Of a stretch of 64,000 nt of DNA, positions 44,016 through 60,849 are shown in pieces. Origin of the DNA: the human T2T-CHM13v2.0 reference genome, Homo sapiens; assembly GCF_009914755.1 (NCBI RefSeq), contig NC_060934.1; one strand, given 5' to 3'. The notes under the pieces were generated by a model. The model was not told the DNA's origin, did no database searches, and was given only the letters and a program-made list of their open reading frames with translations. Position numbers and translations under genes: made by a program. Within the stretch, counting starts at the first letter, position 1. Every line of letters starts with the position of its first letter.

Positions 44016-46554
44016 TGGCATGATTACAACTTCTTTATTAACTACTTGGAAACATTGAGAAGAGGAAATTTCTACTTGTTACCATCATTCAAGAGAACAG
44101 CAAACTATATATTGAAGTAGGTAAAATAGACTTTCTGATACTAAATATGTACATGGTATGTCTGTTTCCTTTTCTACTTTTTGTTATGTGACCCTCCCTG
44201 TCCATCCCAAGTGTCTTGAGTTTTGTCGTATTTTCAATTTCCCAAATCTATTTCTTCCTACACTTAAGCACTATATGGATGTATCATTATATGTAATCAT
44301 TTCCCCTCAGTGGTTTTATTTATTTATTTATTGGCTTCTTGAGGGCATAATTTATACATTTCAAAAGACATATAAGCAAGCCTAGTGACTAGAATTTAAT
44401 TAGTACTATGCCAAAATTTATTTAATTCATCGAGAAAATAATGAAGTCTTCAAATGGTACATTTTAGCTGATGTCATAGCCTTACAATAAATGCATGAAG
44501 ATTTTGCCATAAGACTAGGAGGAAATGCAGCCAGTGTTAACCTAAATATAAAAATATTTTCACCATATTTCTAAGGACAAAGTCATATTAAATAATTATA
44601 ATCAATATTATAACTGTATTTTAGCATAGATTTGTACATTGATGCAAAACCATTAACTTTAAGTAGATATAAGTAAACAATTGTGAGGTACTTAATATTG
44701 GAGATGTATTTCCATTTGCAAGAGTAATAAAGTTATTACTTAACAGAAAGGAGCATTACTAACCTGAGTAACAGTAGAATGTTTTCTTGAGATGCAGTAG
44801 TTTCAGTTATAGTTTCATAAATTTTTCGTCTTTTTTATAAAAATACAATTCAAGACCACATTGTTATTTCATCATATGCTGTTATTTTCTTAAAAGATTT
44901 TTGTGATTTTCTGCTATTTATAAACATTTAAATGACGCAAACATACTGACATCCAACCAATTTGCCTTTGGCTCTAATTTAATATTTTTGCTGAATATTA
45001 ATTTTTATACATAGAAACTATATGTTTTGCAGGTATTTCTTCTAATGTGAGTAAAGGGTTCTGCCCAATTAATATTTTTCCATAATAGTCTGGGCAGTAA
45101 CTTCATATAAGTGAACAAGGCAACTCTGGTATTTCTCTCCAACTTCTTTTAGCATCTTTCCCTTTATTAGGGACACAGTTCAGAACATATCAATCTTGTC
45201 ACTAAAAAACTTAAAGAGAGCAAAAAATTATTACTTGTGTAACTGTATTTTAAAGTAGCTCTAAAGAATCTGAAGAGATTGACACTGTAATTCTGAAAAT
45301 AAGTGCAGTTCAGCTGAATAGTGCCCAAACTATTAGTCATTAAAATAAGAAAGAGACATATTATTTAGAGAAGTCTTACTAATTTGCCAATATTGAAATA
45401 ATACCAAAGCCATATATACAACAGATTAACTGCTCTGTTTTATGCATCATAAAAGATTACATTTCTTTTTTAAATATGGAGACTATATGAAAATTGTGAT
45501 TTCTTACAGAAATTGTAGTGGTAAAAAGTATATTTCATGTATGCATTTATCTCTCTGTCCATCTACCTGTACTCAAAAAAATGGGTTTATTCAACAATAT
45601 TTTCTGAAATATCCCATCAAATTCATATTAGGTAGTCACTTGCCTACATGAATCAAATAGAAATTTGTGACAAATATGTGGATAAATGTTGATGTCATAT
45701 TTAAATTCATATTTAAATTGATACTACTAATGTATTTTCTAAGTGATAATGAATTAACATTGTAGGTTGCAAAAGAAGGCAAGCTAAAGATTTGGTATAA
45801 TTATTTATAAGGCTGTGGGAATTTAAATAGAACAAAAATAATTTGGGTGTTTTACAAATGCCTAACAACCCACACATTGCTTTACATTCAATTTCTTTTG
45901 TTACCTGTCAAAGTTCAGCATGAAACTCATAAAAGCAAAGAAGCATTTTGCCAAGCATCTTTTCTAGTGACATGAAAAAGGCTATGAAAATTTAATACTG
46001 TGGTACAATTTTATGTAACAGCCACCGACATTTTGGTTGTAAATGAAAATGCTTTCAAGTGTATTAGTATAGTGGAAGATAATTTTCCTAAACATATTTT
46101 GTTTAATTGTAATTCTGTGTTCAATAGCATAAGATAAATAGAGAACTTGTTATTTTCCTACTAAATAAGGGTTATATACTTTGGTGGATATCTGTGAGTG
46201 TGTGTTTGTGCGTTGCATTTGTGTATAACTTGATGGTAAGTAGTAAAATCAGGGCATTGCTTGAGAAATCGTAATCCTGAGCCCAATTACCTGTTAATTG
46301 TGAGATATTAACATAGTTTTCATGCAGTTTTTGTTTCTAACTTTGATTGCCATTCCTGACTCTCCAATTCCACTTCTTCCCTTTTTTGCCATTTTCTTTT
46401 CTTTTACCTCAATTTTCTGTTGAATAATAACTCCAACATAGGATCCGGAACCACAGTATCTAGATGATCTGAGGTGACTCTGGATGAAGAATATCAAGTA
46501 AGTGAGAAATTTGTTTTCTAATAGGCCAAATCTTTAGTATGTGTCATTTTTAAG

Positions 46555-47027
46555 TGTAAACCAAAATGTGTCTGAGACGGGTTTCAATCAATTTAGAAGT
46601 TTATTTTGAAAAAGTTAAGGACATGCCTGGAAAAAAATAAAGGAGCACAAAAACCATAGGAACAATCTGGTCCCTGACTTTTTTCGAAGATGATTTTGAG
46701 GACCTCAATATTTAAAGGGGAAAAGCAGGCTGGAAGGGAAAGAGGAATGGTATGGTCCCATACTGAGTCCATGTGTTGTTGCAAGAGAAAAGGAGCAGAC
46801 ACAGGAAGTCAATTATGTGTTTGTCTCGCATTCAGTAAATTGACACTTGACATAAGGGAAAGTGAACATAGAGTAGCTACCTGCAGACAGATATATCTGG
46901 CCTTTTATCTGTAGCTATCTGCTTAGGAAGAAAGAAAAGCCAATTTCTTGCATGACTCAGCTTTCAGCCTAAGTTTTTGCTTTTGGCATAGTAAATTGGG
47001 ATCCTGAGATTTTCTTTTGTTTTCACA
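46555..47027 (-). mobile_element. MER4-family solo LTR
   Basis: tgtaaaccaaaa...tttcaca termini; homologous to 41056-41540; no clear TSD. Confidence 0.85.
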
Positions 47028-48741
47028 GTGATAAGTTAAAATGTGTTTTCCTCCTTCTCAAAAGGTCCTGAACCAAATAACATTAGTGGATAATTTGAGG
47101 AAAATAAATATATCAAATAGAAAACTAACATAATATAGTTATTTTAAAAAATAGACTGTGGAGTTATACATGGTTTTGGGTTCTGGTTCTTCTCACTAAT
47201 GGTGATTTGCCATCAACTCTACTACTTATCCTCTCAAAGCCTCAGCTCTATCTGTATAAAATGAAAATCATTCCTTTATTCAATAAACACTTTACAGCTT
47301 TAAATGGTAAAACTATGGTAGAACCTACAATAACCAATTTCTACTTCAGTGAAGAGATTACACAATAGAACCAATATTCTACTTACTCATGATCAGTCCA
47401 TTCATAGGCTAATCTCTAGTAAATGCTCTCAATTCTGCTATCATAAGTCAATTTCATCTATTCTAAAACCTGTTTACACTTACTGTATTTGTGATTGTAG
47501 TTACAACACTTGAGTGAATATAATTATACCTGTTATCGATTGCCATGATAATGTTGCATAACGAGCAACTTAAAACATTAGTGATATAAAATAATCAATT
47601 CTTATTAGATTCATGTATATGTGGGGTTTAACTGTGAGCTTCGTTTGTCTTTCTGGCTCAGTCAAGCATTTGCAGTCAATTAACAGTCGGCTTACAGCTG
47701 TCCTCAAGTCAGCAGTTGGCTGACTGCCAGCTGGTCTAGAAAAGTCACAGATGGCATAATTTGGGCAATATTGCCCTGCCTCATGTCTATCTTTCATCTT
47801 CCTCCTGGCTACCTTGGGCATGGTTATGGCCAAGTTGCACATGAAAACAAGAGTATGCAAGTGCTTCTTCAAGTCTCTGTTTGCATCGTATCTGCTGACA
47901 TCACACTGACCCAAGAAAATTATATAACCCACCAAGAAATTAGAATAAGGGAGCAATAACAGTTTTTATAACAAAAGGAATGGATACAGGTATAAGTGAA
48001 GAACTGGGGCTACTTTTACAAACTACTGTGGTTTACGGTCTAATAGCAGTTATTTTCCTGCATTCAAAGTATGCACATCCTAACTCAGGATACTCAAAGT
48101 CTCATCCAACATAGAATCAAGCTCAGAGTACAGAATCATAGGAACTATATCAGATCTGGATGTGACACCCCAATATAGAGAGTTATGAACTAAATAGCCA
48201 ATTATGAAATAGGAATAGTATAAATACAGAACAAATTATCATGCAAAAGTGGAATGAATTGAAAACATTTAGTAGTCTTTAGCCCTAATGTCTTGTGGGG
48301 TAAATGTTACCATGTTCCTCTCATCCTGGGATGGGAAATGTTGTTTAAGCCCTGGTTCTTCTCCATTCGCCAGTACATTGTTCCACAGCGCTCTTGAATC
48401 TGTTTGTTGGAAGGAAGTTTCTTTGCAACATCATCCTTTTTGTTTATTTCTAAAGAAAGTATTAGAAAATATGCCTTTTGCTTAACTTTCTCAATCTACT
48501 TTCTTTCCATAAAACGATGAGAGGCTTTTATAAATCTTAACCAATCTTAGTCTCTTAACATAGGCTCATGGTGCTTCTCCATCAAGGTCTCAAAAATTCT
48601 TGACTATTAAAAAATGTTCTCAGGTTCTATTCAATGTGACAAAAGTTAACACAAGAGTTATTTCCAAGACTCTTTCTCTAGATTAAATCACTACCAATTT
48701 TCACATGGTAATATACTGTAGAAAACACCCTTAATATTTCT

Positions 48742-50290
<1,549 letters not shown>

Positions 50291-50680
50291 CTTAATATTT
50301 CTAAAGCCTATTTTGTACAACTGAACTGTCCTACATGGCACCATGGTAATTCTTTCAAAGGTCTTAACAAAAAGTATCACATCCAAACCTTTGGTTCTAT
50401 TGTTAACCTGAGGCTATGCCTTAGTTTGATATATTTTGTTATTGTGAAAGGCTAGATTGGAGAAACAGTTTTAATTCTCATTCTAGTAAATCCTTGAATC
50501 TCTATTTTCCCTGTAATTTCTGCTTGTAAACTGGCCATGTTTTTTTTTAGACTGTATCATTCTTTTACAAACTTATAGAGATTTAGTGAAAGCAAACCTA
50601 TATATTATTCTGCTTGGAAAACTGTTTACTTAGGTACTGAAGTTTACTATGTACTTTTTTATTTTTGAAGTTACTACAGG

Positions 50681-51207
50681 TGACTAGAAAACCATAATGT
50701 TCCACTCAACTTGACTAAATTTTAGACAGGTATCTTCCTGACTCTTGGCCCCTGGTCTCCTTTACCTTAGAATATTTATTTTAGCAAGTTTAGAATTGAA
50801 AATTATTTCTGTGTTCCTTTGATATATAAATCTGTTTTAAAGCTTCTTGCCAGTTTGACAATCCAAGAATGTCTTTCTCAGTGATCTAGTAGCCATCCTT
50901 TGAAATTTAATCATTAAGGAAAATAGATCCCATGTATCCCAGTTTTTGTGGAAGAGTAGAAACCTAGTGTCAGTGGTTTCCTCTCTCCCTGTTGTAGAAC
51001 TACCTGCTGTCTTGAAGATAGAAGAAAGAGTACTTCTTTTGGTAAAGACGGTTAGCAAACACAGGTGGCTCACTATCCCCCACCCCAACTCTTAGCAACT
51101 CTCTGGCTACTTGGTCTGTGCTCTCTTCTCTATTGCTGGTAAGACTATCAGAATAAAATCAAGTTGTTTTGGGGCGCATCTTTTCAGGTGCAATTGTTTC
51201 TTTAACA
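50681..51207 (+). mobile_element. MER31/MER67-like ERV1 LTR
   Basis: tga...aca termini; ctcaacttgactaaattttagacagg; aataaa near the 3' end. Confidence 0.7.
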
Positions 51208-52506
51208 GATGTTAGAGCTTTCACAAACATTTAGCCACCACAGAATGTGATTAGCCATTTTATAGTCTCTTCGAATAATTTTCTCACATTTTTTCCTTCT
51301 ACTTCACCATTTTTTCTTGCTTTTGGGTTCCACTAAGGCACAATGCTTATGCCATTTTTTAAGATTTTATTTGGTTGTTTTAATTGGCATTTACTTTTGG
51401 CACTAATCTCTTCATCAAGTATATAGGGCCACGTTAATGATGGGTGAAAACCATCTTGGGCAACCTCGTGGCATTTAACAATCAAGGTTTATTCAGTTCA
51501 TGGTTCACTAGGGTTCTGCTGAATTGGGCTGCTCTTGGCTAAATCTGGCTGAGCTCATTCATGTTTCTGTAATCCGCTGTTGTTTGGCCAGGCAGTTCTG
51601 TAAAGACTGTTGGCTTACGTCACATATGTAGAGGTCAGATGTTTATCAGATTATTTCGAAAGACCTTGACATGTACTACAGAGACAATGCGTCCGTGTGT
51701 CTTCCATTTCCTAGCAGGCTAACCTGGGCATGTTTCCATAGCCATGGCAGAGGTATCGTAGTGTAGGCAAATTTTGGAAACTCTTCAATTTTTATTTTTT
51801 AGTTTTGCTTGTCACAACTGCTTACAATTCATATAACAAAGGAAATTATACGGTTGAATCCAGACTCAGAGTAGGAAGCCTCTACAGGATTACGTTATGT
51901 AAGGCAGGAATGTAGGGATTGGTGGAAACTGGGATATCAACATAATAAATCTAGCACAACAGTACAAATCAATGACATCTGTATTATAAAAAAATCAGAT
52001 AAATGTTTCTGTGAATTCTGTGGAAAGATTTAATAAAGGTAATTTCCAAATAAAGATTATCTATTGAATTAAATAAAATAGACAATTATAAAACATTGAG
52101 AATATGTATACAAACTTGAAGGAGTCTTTTCTCATAGTAATTCCCAAATGACTTTGCATTCTTAATCATTTTATAGAGATTAAAAATGGCCATCAAGGAT
52201 ATGGATATGATTGACCTGAAGAAAAAACAAGGGAAAAATCTAACTAGCAGACCCACATTGAATGAAATATTTTAGTAATATATCCAAAAAGTGGTGAATA
52301 AGTGATTTAATTTTAAATACAATTTTTATGATGTAGGGTTTTTTTAAAAATTGTAGTTTGTTTAAATTGATTTTTATCTGCATGCACAAATGCATATATG
52401 TCCTTATTTTACTTATTAAGAGAGCTCCTACTGTGAAGTGTTAAGTACTGTGCTGGCATATGATATGGACTCACTACATTGTGTGTTAATTCTGACAGTA
52501 ATGTTT

Positions 52507-54832
<2,326 letters not shown>

Positions 54833-55991
54833 TTACTACAGATTTTCTGTTGTAAATCTTGATATAAAATTTTTGTACATGTGTTTACCTAAATGTGGAA
54901 TCCTGTTCCTTAAATTTCTTTCCATTGAAATTCCCAACCCTTTTTGCCTAGTCATTAAGTCTAAAGTTTCATCCAAGATCCTAATATTACTTCAGTCTCT
55001 ACCTTCAGCCACTTGTAACTGCTTTCTCTTCAACTTTCATAGTGTACTTGGAGCTCTTTTATGTTATTGGACTCTTTATTTCTCCTTATATTTTCATGTG
55101 TCTCTGATGTTTATAACTTGAATTGTTAGGAAAGACCTGATCTCTTGCCTAGTGTAATCAGGGCTTGGATAAAATAGCAATTCAACATGGCAGAGCATTG
55201 GTGTGACCAGGTGGCTATATTGCATGTCCTTTAGCTGACCAGGACATGAAATGGAGGTTTATAGGAAATCAACTTCTTTTCCTGGAAGGCACCTTGGGGT
55301 AGAGCAGCTTGGACTTAATGCTGACCGTTCTGGTCTCTTCATTGATCCCAAAGGGTGCCCTCTAAGCAAACTATCTCTTCTTTCAGCACTTCTGTATAAT
55401 TTCTAATGGGACTGGCTAAGATGCTATTTACTGATCTTGCTGAAGGAAAAGATTGTAAGGATACTACTGCCAAGGTAAAGATCATGTGTTTCTGAGGTAA
55501 ACTGTCATGGCCACGTGTGAGAAAGAAAAACAATAAAAAAAAAAGAAGTGGGCTGTCTCTAGACGGCAATGTTTTAGCTAGGCAGACATTCACAGTTACA
55601 ATGTGAGAGCTAATGCAAGGTTCACCTGAACCTGCAGCGTTATTTTCAAGTGGCTTCCAATTATCTCTGGCAAAGCCAGCTGCATGACTTGCTCAGCCTT
55701 GCCCCTCAGATACATTGTTGACAGTCAACTTCATTGGGAGGTACCACAGGTCTAATAAGCAAAGCAATGTTGTTAATAGCACCTGCAATAGCTATTTGGT
55801 CTTCTGAGGTAGATCCAGCTTGTTGGCAGATACAGGGAGAGTTAGAAAGATAAGACTACCAAGAAGCACCAAATAAAATAAACTGGGTGATGTTTCTCCC
55901 ATGAAGACTCACTTTCAAGAGAGTATGCAGCTTACCCTCCTTCCCACAATTTTAAATGCTCTCTTCTTTCTAGGTGAGACATTTTCTAAAA

Positions 55992-56195
55992 AAGGATTTA
56001 TCAATCTCTGCACTATTGACATTTTGGGCCAGAACATATTTTTTTGTCATGATATGCTATTATAGCATGTTTAGCAGCATTCCTGGCCTCTATTCAGATC
56101 CAGTAACAGCCCCTATTATTATAACCAAGATGTCCCCTGACATTCCCAAATGTACCTTCAGTGGAGACAAAAATCACCACCAATTGAGAACCAGT
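55992..56195. mobile_element. MER20 hAT MITE
   Basis: gcactattgacattttgggcc...tttagcagcattcctggcctcta...ttgagaaccagt. Confidence 0.85.
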
Positions 56196-58561
56196 ATTCT
56201 AGAAACATTCTTACCATACCCTGTAGCCATGATAGTAACCTCACAGCAGGGTTGAAGAAGTCATTTAATTACCACCAGATTATCTCACCCTCATGGTCAA
56301 AAAGTGGTCATAAAATATTAATTTGCACTAGCACTAAGTTTACAAAAATTAGCACACTACCTATGGTAGAATTATGGTGATGGGACCCATGTAGCACAGG
56401 ATTCAGATAATTGGCCATCAACAACCAGGCAGAAGAAAGCAACAACTTCATGTTAGTGTTTGCTCTACCGTGAGTAAGCCATATTTATTGGCCAAATGAG
56501 GAAGTCAGGATAGAAGAAAAAAAATAAAGATGTCGGGGGCATCTGATCCCATGGGTACCTGTTCTATTTCTAGCTGTAGGTCCCTGTACCACAGTTGTGT
56601 TACTCATGTCATTTTCCCACTCGTAAACTCCTGGGATAACAGGAAACTGAAAACAGATGGATTACCCTATAAGTGATTTTTCTAGTTTTTTTCTCCCCAA
56701 GTGGAATACATTTGAAGGTGAGAGGTGGTATTATTAATACTTATTCTGAGAAAACAGGTATAATAAATACTGTGTTCCTGGAAAGGATGTTGTGGATGAC
56801 CCTACCCAGTAAGGGAAAGCAGGCAGTCCCAATCTTTCATAATTGCCTTCCCCAAACTAGGCTAGGCCAGAAGGATCCTGTTTTACACTTCTCTAAGCTT
56901 GGTAAGAGGATGCAAAGACAAGCCATCTGATCCCATGGGTGCCTGTTCTTACTTATTAGATGCTTTTTTCTTCTCTAAGGATATTATTGAAATATACATT
57001 TTTCATTTCTTCTCTCTCCTCCAAGTTGTTTTTTTTCCCCTTTGGTTTCATTTCTGAGTTTGATATAGTGGTTTAATTAATAGTGTGGGGATTCTTGTCT
57101 GTCTGTTCTTATTTATGGGAGGGTCAGTTAAAAGCTAATTGGAGGGTCTATGCCTATTGCTGGGTAAATTGTGAGATTTACTAGGATTGTTTGTTCATTG
57201 GGGAACACTTATGTTACTTCATGTAAGATTGTTTTTTCCCCTTTGGATGGTGATATTCTAGCCTCATCTCCAATCCATGATATAATACAATATTCTACTA
57301 CATGGGTGTTATAAGTCTGGCTGCGATCTTTACAGAAACCAAGTGAAAAGAGAGGGTGGGGACACAGTATTTACAATGTAAATGTAGATCAATTTCTCCC
57401 CTGTTTTTATTATATTTCATTTTCCAAGACATTTTTTGTCTTTTCTGTTATCTTTTTTTTAAAATATGTTTTATAAAAAGTCATTTTCTGTCACTAGTGA
57501 GGTTTGGTGAATATGGAAGTAAAAGCATCAGTTCAATCCGCCTTATTTATTCAGAAATCATATCCTGATTTTCTTAAGAAAGAAGACACATTACAATAAA
57601 TAAGAAATTGGAGGCTTAAACTCTTGATATTATAACAGTATCCCTCAGAAAGCTATCAGAACTGCATCAAGACATTTTTTACTACAGTGCCAAGTTACAA
57701 AATGAGGAATTGTGATCAATTCAAGATGCTAACCTTCCAGTGAAACTCTATTAATACAAGTCTATCTATTAGTCTGAAAGATTTCCCAGAAACCCTAGTA
57801 AAATCAGTCAGTAGATCTTTTTTTACCAACACAACCAAGCTCAATAGAGAGAAAAGCTTCAGTTACAGGAACAGTGATTAAATCCCATACCATTTGTATC
57901 ACTACCTTTAAACTTATGAGGCACCAGCTGTTGACTCCAGTTCTATTGCTCATAAATGGAAGAGTATACATTAATATCCCTGCAGTATAAAACATTCCCA
58001 AAGGTAGAGCAGAACCATTGGCGAATACATTTACATGAATTTTAAATATTTTTTATTCAGTGTATGCAGACACTTTCTGTGTATTATATCTGACATATAT
58101 TTTTAAATAACTTGATGTCTTGGTCAATACTAATGCTTTTAAGTTGTGCATTTTATATTCTAAAATATTGTATTGGTAAGTTCCTAGCTACAGGAAAGAG
58201 AACATGAAGCCGGTTTTCAGTTGTTCAGATTTAAACAAAAACTATGTTTTTCCTTTCAACTTATTCCTTTGATTTTAAGACAGCATAACTCACTTGTTCA
58301 ATCCTTAGACCACACATGTCAGATATTTCAAGTTATACTTTTCTCTACTCTGTCATGTTAAACAACAATACTCCAATATGGTGAAATATTAGAAGTGCGG
58401 TCCTGTTCTTACTTTTCCTCTGATAGGCTCTGACTGTTTGCATAAATAAACCATATAAATAAAAATGATGCCAAAGGTATTTCTACTACTTAAGTAAGTT
58501 ATAGGCAGTGCGAAAGTAGGAAGTCTCCATTAACTAAAAGTCTGAGGCTCATCAATAGCAG

Positions 58562-58910
58562 GTTCATGTCCTTTGCAGGGACATGGATGGAGCTGGAAAC
58601 CATCATCCTCAGCAAACTAACACAGGAACAAAAACCAAACATCACATGTTCTCAATCATAAGTAGGAGTTGAACAATGAGAACACATGGACAAAGGGAGG
58701 GGAACATCACACACTGGGGCTTGTTCTGGGGTTGGGGGAAAGGGGAGGGAGAGCATTAGGACAAATACCTAACGCATGTGGGGCTTAAAACCTAGATGAC
58801 GGGTTGATAGGTACAGCACATCACCATGTTGTATGCCTGTGTAACAAACCAGCACGTTCAGCACATGTATCCTGGAACTTAAAGTAAAATAAAAAGGAGA
58901 AAAAATAATA
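58562..58910 (+). mobile_element. L1PA8-like 3' end
   Basis: gttcatgtcctttgcagggacatggatggagctgg...gaacttaaagtaaaataaaaa. Confidence 0.9.
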
Positions 58911-60849
58911 ATTCTGACATTCAATTTTATGTAAGTGGAAATGTAATCCAAGAATGCTAAATATGACTGTAAGAGCTAGTAATTAAATAGTTTCAGCAGG
59001 ATCCCTCTTTCTTTTCTTACAGCACACATGTAATATAAATTCATTTTATCTTATTTAATCATTAAAATGATTAAATAATAAAATATCATCTACAGATATA
59101 ATATATGCTCTTTAAAAGTTATGTGACCTAGTATCATTGCAAAAATGAGCAAGTTCTTTTGGTGTTTTATGATATCAATTCTGTTGAAACTATCCTTAAT
59201 CAAGATGTAAAATATTAAGTGTGTTGATTTTTTTAAACTTTGCCATCTCCAAATATTGCTAAGAGGCATCATTTCTAATGTTTCTAAACTAAGTAAACAT
59301 ACAGCTAGAAATCACTTGTCCCTTAGAAAACCCAGATTGATATATATGATATGCCCAGTCTCTAGCACCAACACAATATCAATTTTGGTAATAAAAAAGA
59401 AAACCTGAAAAAAAATATGCATCTATAGGAATTCCAGACCTCAAAATGTATGTGCAAAAAAGATAATATTGTTTAAAAAATGCTTTTACAAAATGTCAGA
59501 ATCTGATTTTCTATAGTAATTTAGTGAGTTAATTGTTTTATTTCACCTGAAAATATTGATGGCATAAACCTTCTTTTTTATTTTTAATCACATTTAAATT
59601 GTTTCTGATTTTAGCATAACCATGCCCTTCAATAAACCTATGTTTCGTCCTTAACTGATTAATATTTGAAGGATTCTTCTCGTCAACGTTGCATCAGTCC
59701 ATTCTATTATCTCCTTAAAATTTCTACAGGCCAAAAAATATTTTGCATCCCTCATAAAACTGATTTTACATTTAAATGCAATTCATTCTGCTAAAAACTA
59801 ATCCTTGAATAAAGAGTGATTTTGTCCTGGTTGTAAATATAGGGCTACAGAATTGTGTCAACTAAATATCTTAAATCATTTAAATTAAATGAAATACAAT
59901 GCTGCATAATACTATCCATATACGCATAGAGAGATTATCTTTAATATATATTTTTACCAAACTAAGCCCAATTAGTGTTTCAAAATGTTTTAATGCTAAC
60001 AATCTGGGAAAAAAATGAAAAGAACATAGTCTTCCAGAATAGATTACATTTTATAAATGTACATAAGATGCTGAAATGTAGATTTTATAGAGAAATGTAA
60101 ATCTTGTGCTATTACTAGCATAAATTTACTTATATCAATTTTAGCTTCATGTTTAAATAATTTAAAACAATTTATTACCCTGCTACCCATTTAATTGACC
60201 TCTTTCCTATTGCTTACATCAAATTATATGCATTAAAAATGATAACTGTTATTTAATTTGATGTGAAAATCAAATTACAGACAATGGACCCCATAACAAG
60301 GATCAAGATTAGTTTTATAGATCATACATTTATAGATCATAATTTGATCACGATTGTAAAAAACGTTTGCAAGCAATTGACAATATAAGTCAGCAGAAAA
60401 ACTCAAGGCAAATAAATCATCCTGAAATAATTCTGGCAAAGCTTTGTTATTTTTTCCTAAATATTATTTCTCTTATAAAAACTGTTATCTTTGTTTGCAA
60501 AGAAAGGGTACTCATTTACACAAGTGCATTTATAATGAGGATCCTTTGAGACATAAGGGGACAGAAAACCATCCCAGCAACCGCACAGTTCAGTCTTTTG
60601 AAGAATAACAATGCCATTTAAGGTACAATAGAGTTTCAAGATCTCTAGTCTGACAGTTGCTCTGATTACTCAAAGTTCTAGCATTAGTTCCTTCAGAAGA
60701 AAACATTCATTGATCACTATTCTTGTGACCCATCACTATGGATATTCAGTCTCTTTTTGTCTCTAATCTATGTAATTATTTGATGAGTAAAATTTAGGCA
60801 TAAATAGTGAGGATGTATCATCTTATTATTCTCATGGAGTCCTTTAAAT

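Noticed and set aside
43321-44120. Tyr/Ile-rich ORFs
   Set aside because: Translation of the TA-rich low-complexity repeat
56540-56949. CRISPR-like repeat-spacer reading of the 26-bp repeats
   Set aside because: Only two copies, a 358-bp spacer, eukaryotic context and no cas genes
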